Source: a virus
Lineage: Duplodnaviria; Caudoviricetes
Direction: 5' to 3' (one strand)
IMG/VR virus record: IMGVR_UViG_3300030118_005363
Location: 1 to 61,104 of that record
Length of the DNA stretch: 61,104 nucleotides
The position numbers were made by a program, and so were the translations under genes. The notes below the pieces were generated by a model. It was not told the origin of the DNA, ran no database searches, and saw nothing but the letters and a program-made list of their open reading frames with translations. Position 1 is the stretch's first letter. Every line of letters starts with the position of its first letter. Below, piece by piece: positions 8,758-18,313 of this stretch.

Positions 8758-9089
8758 ACTCCTTCTTTTGTTTGTTCAGCCAATGTTTGAATCAATTGCG
8801 TTAGGCGCATGTGCGCCATCATCATATCGCTCGCCGTCTTTGCGTCTTTGAACCAACCGATAACTTTCTGCGGCACGCTTTGCCAACCAAACGCCTGCAT
8901 AATCCGCACTTCAAGCACTAAGTCGTTGCATGAATCGCAACATCGAGCATGGTCAAGCATACTTGCGTCGCCTGTGTCATCTGCAACCAAAGGTTGCGCA
9001 TTGTGGCCTTGAGTCCAATAGACCTTGCCGTTACCATCTTTGTGTTCATCAATCTGTTTGTAGCACATTGAGCATATTTCCGCCATCAT
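8754..9089 (-). CDS. Zn-binding hypothetical protein
   Basis: CSMC...GHNAQPL...RCCDSCN; GGAG RBS and promoter upstream. Confidence 0.65.
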   Translation of the reverse strand: MMAEICSMCYKQIDEHKDGNGKVYWTQGHNAQPLVADDTGDASMLDHARCCDSCNDLVLEVRIMQAFGWQSVPQKVIGWFKDAKTASDMMMAHMRLTQLIQTLAEQTKEGV

Positions 9090-9115
9090 TACCTCTCCTG
9101 TATTCTTGCCTCTAT

Positions 9116-9134
9116 GTTCAAGGATATAAACCCT
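9116..9134 (-). promoter_or_regulatory. Early-type promoter AGGGTTTATATCCTTGAAC
   Basis: Matches the motif at 10808, 12536, 14766 and 18314. Confidence 0.75.
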
Positions 9135-9860
9135 TCACCACTCCATCCCCTTTGTCGGGTCATCATCGTAGTCGCCTAACTCTAAGAGCGTGTCGTCAAT
9201 GTTCTTGCGCACATTTTCGGGTATCTCATCAAGAGATGATTGAAATGTTTCATGGTGAAATTTTGGGTCGTTGCCGTGAGCAATGCGCATTACTTCATTA
9301 ATTCTTCCTATCCAGCCATGCGGTAATATTGATTCGCAAATGAGCAAAGCCTCCCTTGTTCCAGTCCTGTGATGTGTGGGTGCGCCTTTGAGTGCAGGGT
9401 GCTTGGCGTGAACCTTTGAAATCAAATTGAACATAATTGCGTTGCGCCTTTCTTCTCTATTTTCTTCGGATTCTTCTGCGAGCATACTTATGCTTCTGCC
9501 TCCGTAGCCGTCATCGCCCCATGTGCGCAGAACATCAACCCATTCATCTGTGAACAAATCACTTGAGCCGTTCATGTGTTTTGCAAAATCTAAGTGCGCC
9601 TTAACAATATGAAACTCCATGCAAATTTCCCATGCATCAACCTCCGCTTTTGTCAAAATTTCCTCGCATTCAATCAACCTTGCCTGCGCCAGTTGCGCAG
9701 TGTAGTCATCAAGTTTTGAAAATGCACTTGTGTTATCCGCCTTCAAAAATCCTAAATCGGGATTCAGAATTAAGTGCGCATCAAAATAAGTTTGATAGAG
9801 AAAGCCTACTGCGTCACTTGCAGTCTTGATTGGTTTCTTCATTGATTCCATCACTGCCAA
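9135..9860 (-). CDS. Hypothetical protein
   Basis: 241-aa ORF. Confidence 0.65.
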   Translation of the reverse strand: MAVMESMKKPIKTASDAVGFLYQTYFDAHLILNPDLGFLKADNTSAFSKLDDYTAQLAQARLIECEEILTKAEVDAWEICMEFHIVKAHLDFAKHMNGSSDLFTDEWVDVLRTWGDDGYGGRSISMLAEESEENREERRNAIMFNLISKVHAKHPALKGAPTHHRTGTREALLICESILPHGWIGRINEVMRIAHGNDPKFHHETFQSSLDEIPENVRKNIDDTLLELGDYDDDPTKGMEW

Positions 9861-10303
9861 CCCCCTTCATAGCATGGGTATTGATTCCATTCGGTTTCTG
9901 AATACTTCCATGTAGGCGCATAATCCGCTAAGAACGCAGACGCATAAGTTTGCATACCTCTCTCCATGTCGTTGCCTAACACATCTTCAAGCCATGACAT
10001 GCGAATATCGCAACCAAACCTCTTGTGCGCAAATACTGGAATATCTTCATCGTGAATCAAGAGCATTGCGTCAATGCGCTTGTCGCCGTTTTTTGTTGTG
10101 TGGATTGTTTCAACATTGCCTATGAATTTCAAATCATGCTTAATAGGCGCATACTCACGCACATAGGCATTGATTAAATCAATGTCCTGTTCAGTGCAGT
10201 GCGTTGCAGGTATTACAACAATTTGCGTAAAGTTTTCACTGCGCATATCGGTGTTATACCAAAGTCTATCATCATGCTCAAAAATTATTTTGTTGCTCAT
10301 CAT
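9851..10303 (-). CDS. Hypothetical protein
   Basis: 150-aa ORF with GGAGG RBS. Confidence 0.65.
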   Translation of the reverse strand: MMSNKIIFEHDDRLWYNTDMRSENFTQIVVIPATHCTEQDIDLINAYVREYAPIKHDLKFIGNVETIHTTKNGDKRIDAMLLIHDEDIPVFAHKRFGCDIRMSWLEDVLGNDMERGMQTYASAFLADYAPTWKYSETEWNQYPCYEGGWQ

Positions 10304-10779
10304 TCTTCCTCCTTCATTTCATAGTTTGCGTCATCACATGCGCCGCTTGGAAATACCATGTGTGATACTTGCTTAATACCCATGACTAACAAGAGCATTT
10401 CTTCAATGGTTGTCGGTTGAGGTTCTTCGGGTATGCGCACATGAACAAGAACATTTCCGACAATCGGATAAGGCGCATCTTTAGCAGGCACTCCGAAAGC
10501 GGCGTATGTGCCAATTAAGTTTGGTTCTTCGCCGTAAATGCGCCCTTCTTCGTGCGCAATCACATCAATAATTTCCGCCATGACTAATCCGCCGCCGTCT
10601 ATGAATCCGCCGCCGTTTATGTTCGGCACTGGAAGTTTGACATTGCGCCCAAAAGTGCAATACTCAATCAGTCCACCGACTGCGCCCTGCATATCCTTGA
10701 GGGTAAGGTTTTCTTCGCCACCTTCTGCGATGATGGTCGGTCTGCTATTTGCTTCAATTTTTATCCATAATTCGGTCAT
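10300..10779 (-). CDS. DUF3846-like protein
   Basis: LKDMQGAVGGLIE...HEEGRIYG..PN...IVGNVLV; 18-bp in-frame duplication at 10586-10621. Confidence 0.65.
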   Translation of the reverse strand: MTELWIKIEANSRPTIIAEGGEENLTLKDMQGAVGGLIEYCTFGRNVKLPVPNINGGGFIDGGGLVMAEIIDVIAHEEGRIYGEEPNLIGTYAAFGVPAKDAPYPIVGNVLVHVRIPEEPQPTTIEEMLLLVMGIKQVSHMVFPSGACDDANYEMKEEE

Positions 10780-10807
10780 TTCATTGCCTCCTTGATTCAA
10801 TGCTACT

Positions 10808-10827
10808 GGTTCGGGGATATAAACCCT
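10808..10827 (-). promoter_or_regulatory. Early-type promoter AGGGTTTATATCCCCGAACC
   Basis: Conserved motif upstream of an RBS and ATG. Confidence 0.75.
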
Positions 10828-10968
10828 GCCCCCGTTTCATAGTAATTCTCTCGTCTTTTCTGCGGTTCTTGTTAATCCACGCCACGCATGCCTTGAGTGT
10901 GCCTATGAACCTGCGCCCTTCGCCTTGTGCGCACCATTCTCGCTCTCTGTCTGCTGTGAATGCGTTGC

Positions 10969-11181
10969 TCAAATCTCCACCCCCAACTGTGCCATTCGGT
11001 CTTCGATTTCTTGAATCGCCTCTTGCACTTGCTCTTGCACTTGCGCAAGATTTTCTTGCAACTCCATGAGTGCGTGATGCGAAAACGCCATGTCCGCAGG
11101 CATTGCGAGTCTTTCGTCTGCATTGCGCAAAACTTCAATCCTGTCTTTCAACTCGTCAATACTCATGCGACCACCTGCCAT
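10969..11181 (-). CDS. Small coiled-coil protein
   Basis: Heptad-rich acidic ORF. Confidence 0.55.
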   Translation of the reverse strand: MAGGRMSIDELKDRIEVLRNADERLAMPADMAFSHHALMELQENLAQVQEQVQEAIQEIEDRMAQLGVEI

Positions 11182-11493
11182 GTGCCTTCATAGCCTATGT
11201 CGTTGATATAATGTTGAATTGATGCGCATGCGCAATCTATGCACACATTATACCCTAAGATATTCCATATTTTGATAGGGCAGTGTTTGTTTTTTGTGCA
11301 TATAACGCACTGTCTGTATTGTGTTCCATACATTATCTGTTCGCCTCCCATGTCTTTTCACCCAATCGTCTGCTCGCCACCTGTCTGCGCAATTGATACG
11401 CTCGGTTCATTGTGCGATAACATTCCACACAAACACCGAACATCTTTGAATGATAATCTCGCACATCGCAGTTTGGTTCTCCGCATCTTTCAG

Positions 11494-11715
11494 TCATCTG
11501 CGCAACCTCCTTTGAATGATTGCGTCAAATTCTTCTTGCGTATTGACAACATACATTGCGTGGCTGATTTGCTTAGGGTGCAAATACTTCTTTGCGTATT
11601 CAACCGCTTCCATTCTTGCGACTGTTGAAGGTCTGTTCACTGTGCCGAATGAAAATATAGTATAATCTTCGCCTGCGCCAACATCAATAACATAAGCGGG
11701 AAATTGTGCCATCAT
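11494..11715 (-). CDS. Hypothetical protein
   Basis: ATG after GGAGAGG RBS, coupled to the upstream gene. Confidence 0.5.
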   Translation of the reverse strand: MMAQFPAYVIDVGAGEDYTIFSFGTVNRPSTVARMEAVEYAKKYLHPKQISHAMYVVNTQEEFDAIIQRRLRR

Positions 11716-12002
11716 TCTTCCTCTCCTGTGTTTGGCTTGCGCACCCATAGCGCACCATCGCCGTTTCGCAGGCTGATGCAGTCAATTGTTGGGTGTGCAA
11801 GAATATGATAAACCCCAATGCGCCCATCGGGAAGGTGTGTTATGTATTGGTCTAAAACTGCGCACCACTCGCCGCCTAATTCTTCCGGCAGTCTGACAGT
11901 TTCGTAGTCTGTGGTTACGGCGATAGTGCCGTCGCCCATATCCACTGCGCCTGCGCCATCAGTCCAACCCGTAGGGTTTCCGAACATATCAGTGCGCATC
12001 AA
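11712..12002 (-). CDS. Hypothetical protein
   Basis: Coupled ORF with GGAGG RBS. Confidence 0.55.
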   Translation of the reverse strand: MMRTDMFGNPTGWTDGAGAVDMGDGTIAVTTDYETVRLPEELGGEWCAVLDQYITHLPDGRIGVYHILAHPTIDCISLRNGDGALWVRKPNTGEEE

Positions 12003-12505
12003 AGACCCGCCTCCTTCATTGCGTCATTGACTACTTGGGCTATGTCACTGTCCGACATAACTTTGCGCTCGGTAGCCTTTGGCTTCCTGTGCATGTATGT
12101 GCGCTTTTTAGGCTTGAGGTCTGCGTCTTTGGAGGGCATTGCGCAAAAGTTGCACTCTCCGCCATCGAAGCCTGTGCGCTTGTTGCACCCACGACAAAAC
12201 TTGATATGAAAATCTTCACGCTTGACTGCACTACGCTTTGCACTTCCGCCTAAGTGTGCGGCGGTTGCGGCGGCGTTTGTCATCACTACGGTAATGTCGC
12301 CAGTCTTGCGCACATATACGCCTTTGCTGACCTCTTTCATTTCTGCGCCGGAAATCGGGCAGATACCGTTCACGGCTTTTTTGTTCATTGTTGCGTGCCA
12401 GTCTGACACGCCTCCATCCGGTCTGCGGCACAAGATACCAACGACGGCATCACCTGCTACGCAGTTCAGTTTGTATGGCTCATAATCTTGGGGTATGTTC
12501 AACAT
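11999..12505 (-). CDS. Hypothetical protein with zinc ribbon
   Basis: CRGC...CNFC; RBS GGAGG and promoter upstream. Confidence 0.65.
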   Translation of the reverse strand: MLNIPQDYEPYKLNCVAGDAVVGILCRRPDGGVSDWHATMNKKAVNGICPISGAEMKEVSKGVYVRKTGDITVVMTNAAATAAHLGGSAKRSAVKREDFHIKFCRGCNKRTGFDGGECNFCAMPSKDADLKPKKRTYMHRKPKATERKVMSDSDIAQVVNDAMKEAGL

Positions 12506-12535
12506 TTTTTGCTTCCTCCTTGTTTAACCTCAAAT

Positions 12536-12554
12536 GGTTCGGGGTTATAACCCT
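12536..12554 (-). promoter_or_regulatory. Early-type promoter AGGGTTATAACCCCGAACC
   Basis: Variant of the conserved motif. Confidence 0.7.
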
Positions 12555-13217
12555 TTAGGCATTTCCTCCGCTTTTGACCTTCTTTATGGCCGTCTTGACT
12601 TGCTCGGCGGTCAAGGGCAACCCTTCACCCGCATACTGTGCAAGTGCGTCAATATTTACAGTCCAACGGAAGCGTGACCGTAGCGCATGAACAAGGAACG
12701 CCAATTCTTCATAGGCTCTTTGACCTTGTTCGGTCATACGGTTCACTTTCGCCATGTGCGCCCTCGCCTTATAGCCGCCGCCATACTTGAGCGTGCGCCC
12801 CATGTGCTTGACTTGGTGGCATCTCGGACACAAAACGATTATGCGCTCAAGAGTTTGAACACAGTTCACATCATCATAAGTCCAAACCTCATGCGCCTCT
12901 ACTGCATGTTTGCGCCCTTGATTCAAACCGGAATCTCCACAAATCTCGCATACATTACCCGCTTTTGCATAGCAGTGCTTGCGCAGTTTATCCCACTGGG
13001 ATTTTGTCAGCATACTGCGCAGGTTTGAACCCCATGTTCCACTCGGCACTAACTCAATTGTGAGTTTAGGTTTCAACAATTCTGCGTGCGCCGTTGCCAT
13101 AGCAACGGTTGTTTCGTATCGTTCTTCTGCCTCGCATGATGCGCACACAGGAACGCCACCGATTTCAGCACCTTTCAAATCTGCGGGTGCGCCACAAGGA
13201 CAAGTCCACGCAGTCAT
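12555..13217 (-). CDS. HNH-family endonuclease
   Basis: WDKLRKHCYAKAGNVCEICG...EAHEVW...LCPRCHQVKH. Confidence 0.75.
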   Translation of the reverse strand: MTAWTCPCGAPADLKGAEIGGVPVCASCEAEERYETTVAMATAHAELLKPKLTIELVPSGTWGSNLRSMLTKSQWDKLRKHCYAKAGNVCEICGDSGLNQGRKHAVEAHEVWTYDDVNCVQTLERIIVLCPRCHQVKHMGRTLKYGGGYKARAHMAKVNRMTEQGQRAYEELAFLVHALRSRFRWTVNIDALAQYAGEGLPLTAEQVKTAIKKVKSGGNA

Positions 13218-13489
13218 TCAATCGCCGCCTCTAAAGTGGTTATTGCGCTCTCTAAAGCAGTATGCGCCTCATCTAACTCGCTTTCTGCTTCTTCAAGTGC
13301 CTGCGCAGATTCCTCTAACGCCTCTCCCATAGGAGAGGATTCAAGCCCACGCTCGCAGATGTTGTCAAATTTTTCTGATTCATGCGCCGCATAATGACCG
13401 ACCCAATCTCTCAATTCTTCAATTTCTGAAAGCATCTCTTGCAGTCTGCCTAATTTTTGCGCAATTTGTTTTCTATCTTTTTGGTTCAT
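13214..13489 (-). CDS. Acidic helical protein
   Basis: ATGA-coupled; coiled-coil pattern. Confidence 0.6.
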   Translation of the reverse strand: MNQKDRKQIAQKLGRLQEMLSEIEELRDWVGHYAAHESEKFDNICERGLESSPMGEALEESAQALEEAESELDEAHTALESAITTLEAAIE

Positions 13490-14037
13490 TCTTCTTCGCC
13501 TCCGTTGTTCAATGCTACCATAACCTGCTCATAAAGGTCATGGTCTGAAATGGTGGTTTCGGGTTGCTTGCAATCGCATACACCCTCGCCAAATCCTTCT
13601 ATGAAGGAACGGAATTGATATTCATTGAACGGCGCAAACAATAGCATTTCACCGAACAACCTAAGCAAGCCTTGCGTTTCTGCGCTCTTGCCTAAGTCTG
13701 ACATGAAAGACGCTCTTGCCGTGTGAACATCGGGCAGTAAGTCCAACGCTCTTTGCTTAGACCATTGCATGTGCGCCATTCGGCAATCACCAGTGCAAAC
13801 CGGCTTATTTGCGCACACATGGGTATCAAAGGCTTCGCCTTGCACAGATAGCGCAGGGGCGATAGGTTGCACATAATCCAAGATTGAAGTTTGAACAGTA
13901 GTGGCAGGGGGTGCGGGATTATTTTCGGAGGGTGAGCAACCCGCCGCCCCGACTGCCTTTTTGAATGCAAATTCCATAAATGACGCATACGCCCATAGGA
14001 CTGCGCCGATGATGAATAGGCCGAGTATGATATTCAT
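13486..14037 (-). CDS. Membrane-anchored hypothetical protein
   Basis: N-terminal TM segment MNIILGLFIIGAVLWAY after GGAGG RBS. Confidence 0.6.
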   Translation of the reverse strand: MNIILGLFIIGAVLWAYASFMEFAFKKAVGAAGCSPSENNPAPPATTVQTSILDYVQPIAPALSVQGEAFDTHVCANKPVCTGDCRMAHMQWSKQRALDLLPDVHTARASFMSDLGKSAETQGLLRLFGEMLLFAPFNEYQFRSFIEGFGEGVCDCKQPETTISDHDLYEQVMVALNNGGEEE

Positions 14038-14038
14038 T

Positions 14039-14509
14039 TCAAATCGCCTCCCATGAAATTTCATCTTCCTCAACCTTCTTGAAAAGAAGCCATGTGCCTT
14101 CTAAACGCTTGACCCAATAACCGGATGCCTTTATCTCCGCTTTGCGTGTGCGCCATTGTTCCCAAAATGTTTCATTGCAATTTCCATACCATGTTGTGCG
14201 CTTTTTGCTCATCTTCATTTCAATGCCGAAGATTTCAAACTTGGTATAGACTGGGCGTGGTTCGGGGTGAACCTCTAAGGTTGCGCCGTCTAAACGGGTT
14301 AATTTTTCTTGAGCAAAAGTGACCGCTTTTTGAACGGCATCTTCTTCCTTGTGCGCAAGGTTCTGAATAAAGTGGCAGTAGTGCGACTTTGCGCCATTGG
14401 ATTTGATAGACTTTACCTCAAGGTAAAGGGTGTAAAATTGCTCTTTTTCACCTGTGCGGCACACATGCAAGATGGCTTCACGGCGAACAGTTTTGATTGT
14501 TGCGCTCAT
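14039..14509 (-). CDS. Hypothetical protein
   Basis: 156-aa coupled ORF. Confidence 0.65.
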   Translation of the reverse strand: MSATIKTVRREAILHVCRTGEKEQFYTLYLEVKSIKSNGAKSHYCHFIQNLAHKEEDAVQKAVTFAQEKLTRLDGATLEVHPEPRPVYTKFEIFGIEMKMSKKRTTWYGNCNETFWEQWRTRKAEIKASGYWVKRLEGTWLLFKKVEEDEISWEAI

Positions 14510-14751
14510 TCCTGTGCGCCCCCTGCAATGATTACTTCTTCACCGATTTTGACTTCAAAGACCATCGGCAAAAGGCCGACCTCAACGGTTTGACTTATCA
14601 ACCAGTCTTGAAACGACTCGGCGGTATTGATTTCAACGGGCATAATTGCCACCATAAAACCAATTTCATTTGTTTCGCAGTGCATCGTTTTCGCAGTGAA
14701 AACCGGCACTACATCAGCAGGCTCAATATTCGGATTTTGTGCTTCCTCCAT
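14506..14751 (-). CDS. Acidic hypothetical protein (leaderless)
   Basis: ATG 14751 lies about 25 nt downstream of the TATA motif at 14776-14781. Confidence 0.6.
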   Translation of the reverse strand: MEEAQNPNIEPADVVPVFTAKTMHCETNEIGFMVAIMPVEINTAESFQDWLISQTVEVGLLPMVFEVKIGEEVIIAGGAQE

Positions 14752-14765
14752 GCTACACCCCAACC

Positions 14766-14785
14766 ATTCAAGGGATATAAACCCC
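14766..14785 (-). promoter_or_regulatory. Early-type promoter GGGGTTTATATCCCTTGAAT
   Basis: Conserved motif. Confidence 0.75.
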
Positions 14786-14819
14786 ATACCCAAAATGCAC
14801 CACCGAACCCCCATTATGC

Positions 14820-15232
14820 GAGTAATTAATTTAATGCGTGCTGTGTGTGTGCGTGTGCCTCATGTGTGTATGTGTGTGCGTAGGCGCAGGCTCGGCGGGA
14901 GGCAAAATAAATCTTAGAGTTTCTTTGCGCATATAGGCAGGCAAAAAGGAAACTTTTGCGTAGAACATTGTTTGGAACGACGCACTGCGCTGAACCTTTC
15001 GGCTTTGTCTGCATGGCTTGCGCTGAATCCGAATCAATCAGAATTTTTGCTGATTTGCAAAAATCAAAAACTGCGCAGATTGCGCCGATTCAAAAAAATA
15101 AAAAAAATCGCACCGTTTGGCCTTTCAGTGGGCTGTTTAGACACGGTGCGCACATCTAAACTCAAGCCGTTTTTTTCTTATTTCTGCCCTCCTTTTTTCT
15201 TCCGAATTGTCTTTCAGTCTATCGTTTAGCCC
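14820..15232. other. Non-coding region with (TG)-rich tract, A-tracts and two array-type motifs
   Basis: TGTGTGTGTGCGTGTG...TGTGTGTATGTGTGTGCG at about 14835-14882; CTTTCAGTGGGCTGTTTAG (~15122) and CTTTCAGTCTATCGTTTAG (~15211). Confidence 0.7.
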
Positions 15233-16189
15233 TCAAAGGTATGGCTTCAAACAGTCCATCAATGCTTTGATTGCGTTTTGCAATTCACGGTCAAAATTGT
15301 TGCTTCGTGGCACTGCCCTTAGGATTGCAAAATCATTGACTGCGGGCAACATTGCTTGAATTATTGCGACATCTCTATCATTTGCAGTCCTTGAAGAACC
15401 TTGACCGTTCCTTGATGCGCCGTCATTTTGATAATCATTCATTGCGAAAATCGCATTACGGAAAGCCCATGATGATGTAGCGTTAAGTATTGTTGATTGA
15501 CTCATATTTTGACCGGCCTTCTTGATGCGAACCACTGAACAAGTCGCCCTTTCGCCGCTTGAATAACAGTTAGCCGACTTAGTGTAACCATACAATTCAA
15601 CGCAGTAACCCAATTTTTCAAGCACTTCAACGGCGATACCGGCAACAATTGAACGAATGCTCAATATGTCTGATTGAATATCAGCAAGCGCATTTATTTG
15701 AACTCCAATGCCTATTATTGGACTGTTTGTGGGTTCTTCTTTGAGTCTGCGCATAAATTTTCGGCGGCCTGCGAAGATTCTATCGAGGTTCAAATCTCCT
15801 TGAATTTGATTCCATTCGTAATCTTCAACAAGAATTTCTCTAATGGCTTTCGGTAATGCGTTTTGCACTGCGCTCTTGACCTTCTCGGCAGGTCTTGAGG
15901 GGTGGCTTAAAAATTGGTTGTATAAATCCGCATTTGTCTTAACCTTCTTCTGAACCTCTTTAGGAACGCCTGCCCAATTCATTGAGTATGGTTTGTGTGT
16001 TGCGTTTGGTTGGTTGGATAAGTGTTTAATTTGGGTCAATACTGAATCACAATAGGTCATTTTAGCAAAGCCCTCAATTGAGCGAGTCCAATAACCTGCA
16101 ATTGGGTTACAGTCAGTGGTTTTATGCTCATATACTCGCAATGTTTCACTGTTTCCATTTACTTCAATTTCAATTTGTTTTTTCGGCAT
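15233..16189 (-). CDS. vWA/CobT-like partner protein of a MoxR-type ATPase
   Basis: GDLNLDRIFAG, IIGIGVQINA, AVEVLEKLGYCVELYG, VRIKKAGQ; directly downstream of the AAA+ gene. Confidence 0.6.
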   Translation of the reverse strand: MPKKQIEIEVNGNSETLRVYEHKTTDCNPIAGYWTRSIEGFAKMTYCDSVLTQIKHLSNQPNATHKPYSMNWAGVPKEVQKKVKTNADLYNQFLSHPSRPAEKVKSAVQNALPKAIREILVEDYEWNQIQGDLNLDRIFAGRRKFMRRLKEEPTNSPIIGIGVQINALADIQSDILSIRSIVAGIAVEVLEKLGYCVELYGYTKSANCYSSGERATCSVVRIKKAGQNMSQSTILNATSSWAFRNAIFAMNDYQNDGASRNGQGSSRTANDRDVAIIQAMLPAVNDFAILRAVPRSNNFDRELQNAIKALMDCLKPYL

Positions 16190-16275
16190 TTTTTCTCACC
16201 TCCGTTTGTAATACTGCGCTGATATTGTCGAGATTCAAAGAGTCCGTCATTCAATACCTCAATGCGCAGTTTTAT

Positions 16276-18288
16276 TCAGACTGCACCCCACATATTTTCA
16301 TCAGTGAAGTCAAGTTCAATTTCTTCGCCGTAACCCATTTTCATTGCGTTTTCTTCGCCCCATTGAACGCACAAATTGCGCAAAGCCCAATCCTCACTTG
16401 CACCGGCGGCGACATGCTCGGCGGCTGATGCAATGGCACGGTATGAAATTACAACCCTTGAAATTTCATGCTCATTTGCAAGTCTGCGCACTTCTCTGAA
16501 TTTATCAGCAAAGGCAACAGAACCGGCGACGGCGTTTTCAATGGCCTTTGAATAATCAATCTTCACAAATTGACCGGCGAACCTGTCAAGCGTTGCAGAG
16601 TCTTGAGTATTGGCGGCGTTATACTTGGGGTCTGAACCTTGACCCATTGTATTTGCAGTGCCGACAAATACGGTTGAAGAATGGCGCAGAATTTTTTCGC
16701 CTTTCGGAGTATAGAAAAATCCGTTTGCAAGGACTGCATTCAATGCGCTCAATGTTGAAGGGTGTAGTCTGTCAATTTCATCAAGAACAATGAGGCCACC
16801 GTTCTCAAACACCGGTGCAATTGCGCCTTTGATGTAATCCCATTCGCCTGCCGGTCTGCCCGAACCATCATCAAAGAAGCGAGGCGATTCACGACCAATC
16901 AATTCTTGACTCTGCAAATCTTTGTTGCATGATAATATGAACATATTTTTCGCTTCGCTTGGCTTCTTCAATCCATGTGATTTCCAATAGCCTGCGCCGA
17001 TTAGAGCATTGAATAATTGCTCACAAATGCGAGTTTTACCCGTTCCGGCATCGCCATGTAGGTATAGATTATTCATTGCACCACTGCGCACTATTCGCCA
17101 CATCAATTCAGACATTTTCTCATGAACAATACCCTTGATTTTCAAGGCCGGTTTTGAACCGGATTTGACATGAAGAATTGTAGGTTTTCCGATTGAATTT
17201 AGTTTCTCATCTATGCCCTTCTTGATGGCTTCAAATTGCGCAGAGTGTGCAGACATTTGTTCACCGATAACTTGAGCGAGTGCCTCACTGTTCAAATTCC
17301 ACTGTTCAAGTGAAACCTTTGTAGCAATTTGGCGCACTAAATCCTCATCAACGCCGCCGCCGACAATATCTCTAATCGCTTTCAGTGCGTCTTTTTCTTG
17401 CACTTTTGGCGCAGTCGGCTCAAGGTCAATCGAGATTTTCTTTGTCATTGTTGCAACAGGTGAAACAGGCTCGACAGGTTGCGTTTTTGGTGGCGTTGGT
17501 ATCGGCTCTGAACCTATGTATTCAGTTTTCATAATTTCAGACTCGGCGCAGGATTGACAAACCGGCTTATTCTGTTTGCCATAAAGAGGCAACATAACCA
17601 TATATTCGCCTTTGTATATCTCAATATGGCATGATTTGCAGGTTTTTGGTGCAGGTTTGGAGTATTTTCGCACCGTAAAACCTGCGTCTTTGTAGGCTTG
17701 CAAGCCTGTTGGGGTTGGTTGCCTCTTAGCCATCAAACTCATTCCAAATAGGCCACTGTTCAACAATTTAGGCATGAAAATCCATGCAATCAAGGCGGAT
17801 AATCCCACAATCGCAAGTGTAAACGCTATACTGCGTGCCACTTCAACGGTTTCATTGTTGGGTTTTCCAGACATTTGAAGAAGTCCCTCATCAATGTTGC
17901 AATCGGCGCATAATCCATTACTGAAATGTGGCGCAGTGTTGCATTCAGACTCTTGACAAATCGGGCAAATGCTCAATTCATCATCAAGATATAGCGGCGC
18001 AGTGTCCTTTTTACCCTTGAATAATAGGGTTCTTAGAATTGCACCTTTGAGGTTTTTACGCCTTGAGGCTAATTCTAAACGGTGGACTGCACGCTTAAAC
18101 GCATGTCGTGAAACATGGTTCATTGATTGAGGCATGAGCCTCTTATCTTGCTCGCAGTGTGTCATTTGTTCGGTCATTGAGTCAGCGTCAGACTCCTTGC
18201 TTATGGTTTCCAAATCCATTGAGGCAGGTGCTAAAAGGCACACTGCGACAACGAACAACATTTTTGTTATGTTTGTTTGTGTTAGCAT
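16276..18288 (-). CDS. MoxR/CbbQ/CobS-like AAA+ ATPase with N-terminal TM and Zn-binding extension
   Basis: GDAGTGKT, LIVLDEIDR, GTANTMGQG, DSATLDRF. Start 18288 is supported by a GGTGA RBS and the promoter at 18314-18333. Confidence 0.8.
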   Translation of the reverse strand: MLTQTNITKMLFVVAVCLLAPASMDLETISKESDADSMTEQMTHCEQDKRLMPQSMNHVSRHAFKRAVHRLELASRRKNLKGAILRTLLFKGKKDTAPLYLDDELSICPICQESECNTAPHFSNGLCADCNIDEGLLQMSGKPNNETVEVARSIAFTLAIVGLSALIAWIFMPKLLNSGLFGMSLMAKRQPTPTGLQAYKDAGFTVRKYSKPAPKTCKSCHIEIYKGEYMVMLPLYGKQNKPVCQSCAESEIMKTEYIGSEPIPTPPKTQPVEPVSPVATMTKKISIDLEPTAPKVQEKDALKAIRDIVGGGVDEDLVRQIATKVSLEQWNLNSEALAQVIGEQMSAHSAQFEAIKKGIDEKLNSIGKPTILHVKSGSKPALKIKGIVHEKMSELMWRIVRSGAMNNLYLHGDAGTGKTRICEQLFNALIGAGYWKSHGLKKPSEAKNMFILSCNKDLQSQELIGRESPRFFDDGSGRPAGEWDYIKGAIAPVFENGGLIVLDEIDRLHPSTLSALNAVLANGFFYTPKGEKILRHSSTVFVGTANTMGQGSDPKYNAANTQDSATLDRFAGQFVKIDYSKAIENAVAGSVAFADKFREVRRLANEHEISRVVISYRAIASAAEHVAAGASEDWALRNLCVQWGEENAMKMGYGEEIELDFTDENMWGAV

Positions 18289-18313
18289 TTTGCTCACCGA
18301 TTGATTAAACATA

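Noticed and set aside
10586-10621. 18-bp tandem duplication
   Set aside because: Simple in-frame duplication (INGGGF/IDGGGL) with no sign of a wider system.
12555-13217. HNH as an intron- or intein-associated mobile element
   Set aside because: Free-standing, translationally coupled gene; no interrupted host gene, and no intein seen in PolB, MCM or TerL.
2105-14509. Recurrent C-terminal GEEE/EGKK/KEGV endings as a protein motif
   Set aside because: Explained by the GGAGG/GGAG RBS of the overlapping downstream gene.
14826-15229. ORFs such as HTHTHMRHTH
   Set aside because: Products of the (TG)n tract and A-tracts.
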